From an uncultured Methanosarcinales archaeon (lineage in GTDB: Archaea; Nanobdellota; Nanobdellia; Woesearchaeales; GW2011-AR9), in NCBI GenBank assembly GCA_964344235.1, contig CAYFMJ010000006.1, forward strand, positions 1 through 45,705: a DNA stretch of 45,705 bases. The letters run 5' to 3'. This document shows, in pieces, positions 43,409 to 45,705 of this stretch. A model generated the notes under the pieces. The model saw only the letters and a program-made list of their open reading frames with translations, did no database searches and was not told the origin of the DNA. Each line of letters starts with the position of its first letter. The first letter of the stretch is position 1. Both the position numbers and the translations under genes were made by a program.

Positions 43409-44730
43409 TTTTCTTGTTCTCTCAAATAGCTCTTCCATTTAACAATCGTATAGTTTGCGGGATTTTTAATTCTCTTACACAACCCATCTGGATGACAAAT
43501 TCCTAAACCAGTATAATATCCCTCGTTACTACAATTAGGGGGAAGTTTCTCACCCGGTTTGAAGTGATTTAATTGTCCCCGTAAATAGACTTCACGTAGG
43601 GGTTCAGGGTTTTTTGTATTCCATTCTTTCAATAATTTTTCAATGTCTTGTTTTCCCCACCCGATTTTTCCGAGAAAGTTTGTGAGGACGAAAATACCAC
43701 GTTTCTTACCGTCTTCTACGCCGAGAAGAAGTTTCTTGACACAGGGAGGAAATAAGTCTTCTGTAATGGGACTTTGGATGGAAATTTCTTCGTATTGCTT
43801 CGCTTCTTTGAGGTCATATTCACGTTCTTCTTTGACTTCAAAATCAAGTGCCTGGATGAGAAGATTACGTGCACTTTCCTGAGTGATGTTACGGCCGAGA
43901 AATGTAAACATTGGTGTGAGAATGGCGTCTGGTTGGGCCATCTGTTTTTCAAATTCCATGACTTTTTCTGGATCGATTGGCAGGCTTACTAATCCTGATT
44001 TCTCGTGGAGAGAGTAGGGCATACGGTATAAATGTCGGGAAGCAATAAGAATTGTGTCTATCTCGAGAAATTTGTCTACACGGAGGAAACTTTTTTCGTT
44101 TCCATCACTGTCTTTTTTGGAGAATACAATGTCTTCCTGCGGTAAGTCGACAAGTTCTTTTATCTTGGTTATGTTGCCGTTTTCCGACGACAAAATGCGT
44201 TTTCCCAGCTCTTCTTTGATGTTTTCTGTGATGTATGTTGCTATCTTTCGTGCAGCGTCAGGGAACAATAAACGTGTTTCTTGATCCCGTACTTTTTTAG
44301 GGAATGCTTCGAATGGCACGCCAATGTGGAAGCCTTTATTCCCGGAGAATTTACAACTAATATCTTTGACACCACAATATTTGAGGAATTTCACGACGAG
44401 GTCTGCACAAATTCTACTGTATTCGAAGATTTTACAATCAATATCTAATACTAAATCCCAACCAATTCTGAGTTCGTTTAGTTCTTTTTTAGTAATGTTT
44501 GAATGAAGATGTAAAGGATCTGCCCAGCGCTCTTCTGATGAGTGAAGGGAAGTCATATTTTGTTTTGCTAATTCTAGAATGTCTTGTGGGTATGATAGGA
44601 TGTCGGGGCGTTTTCCAAAATTTCCCAAACCATATTGTGTGCCAATTTCTTTATCCTTTGCATGTTCGATAATAGCGTGCTGAATATCAGGACGTTTATA
44701 GTGCTTGAGAAGAACTGATTTAGAGAGCAT
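43276..44730 (-). CDS. Fused DNA primase (PriS catalytic domain + PriL C-terminal Fe-S domain)
   Basis: WDLVLDID, KFSGNKGFH, HLYRMPYSLH (PriS); FPPC..PPNC..GIC..DGLC (PriL CTD). Confidence 0.93.
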   Translation of the reverse strand: MLSKSVLLKHYKRPDIQHAIIEHAKDKEIGTQYGLGNFGKRPDILSYPQDILELAKQNMTSLHSSEERWADPLHLHSNITKKELNELRIGWDLVLDIDCKIFEYSRICADLVVKFLKYCGVKDISCKFSGNKGFHIGVPFEAFPKKVRDQETRLLFPDAARKIATYITENIKEELGKRILSSENGNITKIKELVDLPQEDIVFSKKDSDGNEKSFLRVDKFLEIDTILIASRHLYRMPYSLHEKSGLVSLPIDPEKVMEFEKQMAQPDAILTPMFTFLGRNITQESARNLLIQALDFEVKEEREYDLKEAKQYEEISIQSPITEDLFPPCVKKLLLGVEDGKKRGIFVLTNFLGKIGWGKQDIEKLLKEWNTKNPEPLREVYLRGQLNHFKPGEKLPPNCSNEGYYTGLGICHPDGLCKRIKNPANYTIVKWKSYLREQENQPKRKGKDSAPVSPSTTNDNSNASNSPAESLGTAESGDGPNLS

Positions 44731-44767
44731 GAATTACTTGAGAGAAAGGGGTTTATATTGTTTTTTG

Positions 44768-45013
44768 TTATTGTTTGTCTTTATGGTAAATATCGAGAAA
44801 AATCAACGTATTTCCCTTTTGAACGTATGAATAAGACAAACGAAAGGAGCCAGCATAGACTTCTCTCGTTCCTTTTCGTGCATATTGCATTGGCTTTCCT
44901 AGTTCTGGATTTTCAATTATCTTGCTGATTAACTTTAGAATTCTTTCCTTCTCACCTCTATTTATCTTTCTAAGAAAAGAAATGAACTTTGATGAGCGCT
45001 CTATAGTTAGCAT
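44768..45013 (-). CDS. RelE/ParE family toxin
   Basis: KIIENPELGKPMQYARKGTREVYAGSFRLSYSY..FLDIYHKD. Confidence 0.85.
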   Translation of the reverse strand: MLTIERSSKFISFLRKINRGEKERILKLISKIIENPELGKPMQYARKGTREVYAGSFRLSYSYVQKGNTLIFLDIYHKDKQ

Positions 45014-45276
45014 TCTTCTAATTCTTTAAGGAAGTCATTAACAGGTATTGATCTAAACTCTCCTCGATCGTAGCTTTTCCAAGCTTCTTCAGTTCTACGT
45101 GCAAACTCTAACTCCTCTTCTATATTTTCATCAAAATCTGCTATTGCTTTGAGAATAATTTGCTTTCCTGCTTTTATTACCACAAACTTCTCACCATCAT
45201 GAAACTCTTTTCTCATCTCATGGGGTATAACAATTTGTCCTTTTGAACTCATTCGTGTTATGTCTACTTCTGCCAT
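45007..45276 (-). CDS. AbrB/MazE-type antitoxin
   Basis: TRMSSKGQIVIPHEMRK; overlaps the toxin start. Confidence 0.85.
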   Translation of the reverse strand: MAEVDITRMSSKGQIVIPHEMRKEFHDGEKFVVIKAGKQIILKAIADFDENIEEELEFARRTEEAWKSYDRGEFRSIPVNDFLKELEEC

Positions 45277-45278
45277 CG

Positions 45279-45319
45279 GTAAGATTAATCTTACAACTAT
45301 AAAAGTGTTTCTATAGAAA
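45279..45319 (-). promoter_or_regulatory. TA promoter/operator with two perfect palindromes flanking a TATA box
   Basis: GTAAGATTAATCTTAC (45279-45294) and TTTCTATAGAAA (45308-45319). Confidence 0.65.
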
Positions 45320-45320
45320 A

Positions 45321-45590
45321 TCACAACTTCGCAGCTTCTTTCTGGAACTCGTCTGCGTGTTTTTTGAGGTCTTTCAGCGCTGCTTTGAGTGCTTTGCGAG
45401 GTTCAACGTCTTTTGTTTCTATTAAAAATTCAGGAATGCCAATCAACGGATGGTCAATTTTGTAAGTTGCGATGGTTACACCTTTTGTATGTTGTAATGC
45501 TTCCTTTAATGCATTACAGAATGTGTGTGTCTCACCCTCTAATGTGAAGACAAGCCGGTTTTTTGTTTCCTCAAGAACGTTGAATTTCAT
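45321..45590 (-). CDS. rpoL: RNA polymerase subunit L (Rpo11)
   Basis: LEGETHTFCNALK, ATYKIDHPL..PEFLIET. Confidence 0.97.
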   Translation of the reverse strand: MKFNVLEETKNRLVFTLEGETHTFCNALKEALQHTKGVTIATYKIDHPLIGIPEFLIETKDVEPRKALKAALKDLKKHADEFQKEAAKL

Positions 45591-45652
45591 TTTACTGAGA
45601 ATTTTGGAAGGTTGTTTATAAATGTTACTGTTTGTAATATGTGTGTTGTAAT

Positions 45653-45704
45653 TCTAATATCCCGAAACTGCTACACAACACGAAACTACTACACATTTCT
45701 TAGC
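45653..45704 (-). repeat. Right copy of 52-bp terminal inverted repeat
   Basis: Exact reverse complement of 1-52. Confidence 0.97.
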
Positions 45705-45705
45705 T

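Noticed and set aside
744-44506. Numerous antisense or nested ORFs in the track (e.g. 744-968, 2123-2656, 17661-18335, 32015-34825, 39168-41704, 43643-44506)
   Set aside because: They are shadows of well-supported genes on the opposite strand or in another frame; composition typical of antisense frames.
43276-44730. PriS-PriL fusion as a novelty
   Set aside because: Established feature of Nanoarchaeum and related DPANN; used only as a taxonomic marker.
437-45590. Genome-wide TTA-to-Ser codon reassignment
   Set aside because: TTA occupies conserved Leu positions in EF-1alpha and RtcB, and a canonical tRNA-Leu(UAA) is present.

Overview
A 45.7-kb chromosomal segment of a DPANN archaeon (Nanobdellota, most like Woesearchaeota, judged from the fused PriS-PriL primase, the archaeal informational genes and large class-III-signal-peptide surface proteins). 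Housekeeping content: EF-1alpha, an rps13-rps4-rps11-rpoD-rpl18e-rpl13-rps9-rpoN operon, rpoL, rpl15e, metG, rtcB, ppa, udk, a TFS-like factor and a CBS+HPF hibernation factor. The ORF track misses most of the interesting material, which is non-coding. (1) Three tRNA genes carry six BHB-type micro-introns in total: tRNA-Leu(UAA) has three (9/10, 37/38, 51/52), tRNA-Thr(GGU) has two (37/38, 59/60), and a class II tRNA has one (59/60). (2) The Leu and Thr tRNAs alternate with two free-standing LAGLIDADG endonuclease genes, suggesting an endonuclease/micro-intron 'collaborative homing' module. (3) The third tRNA has a serine-type body (GCC.. acceptor, G73, A37) but a Leu UAA anticodon and a C3.A70 mismatch. 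A degenerate copy of it lacking exactly the anticodon loop lies 100 bp upstream. (4) tRNA-Leu is followed by a perfect 15-nt antisense copy that starts exactly at its canonical 3' splice junction. (5) The two ends of the window are a perfect 52-bp inverted repeat. Also present: a poxvirus/bacterial-size topoisomerase IB with a recombinase-like HxxR motif, a tandem Fis-domain protein, two RelE-type toxin-antitoxin pairs and an 8.4-kb surface-protein cluster. All protein calls are by motif recognition only; no database searches or folding programs were run.
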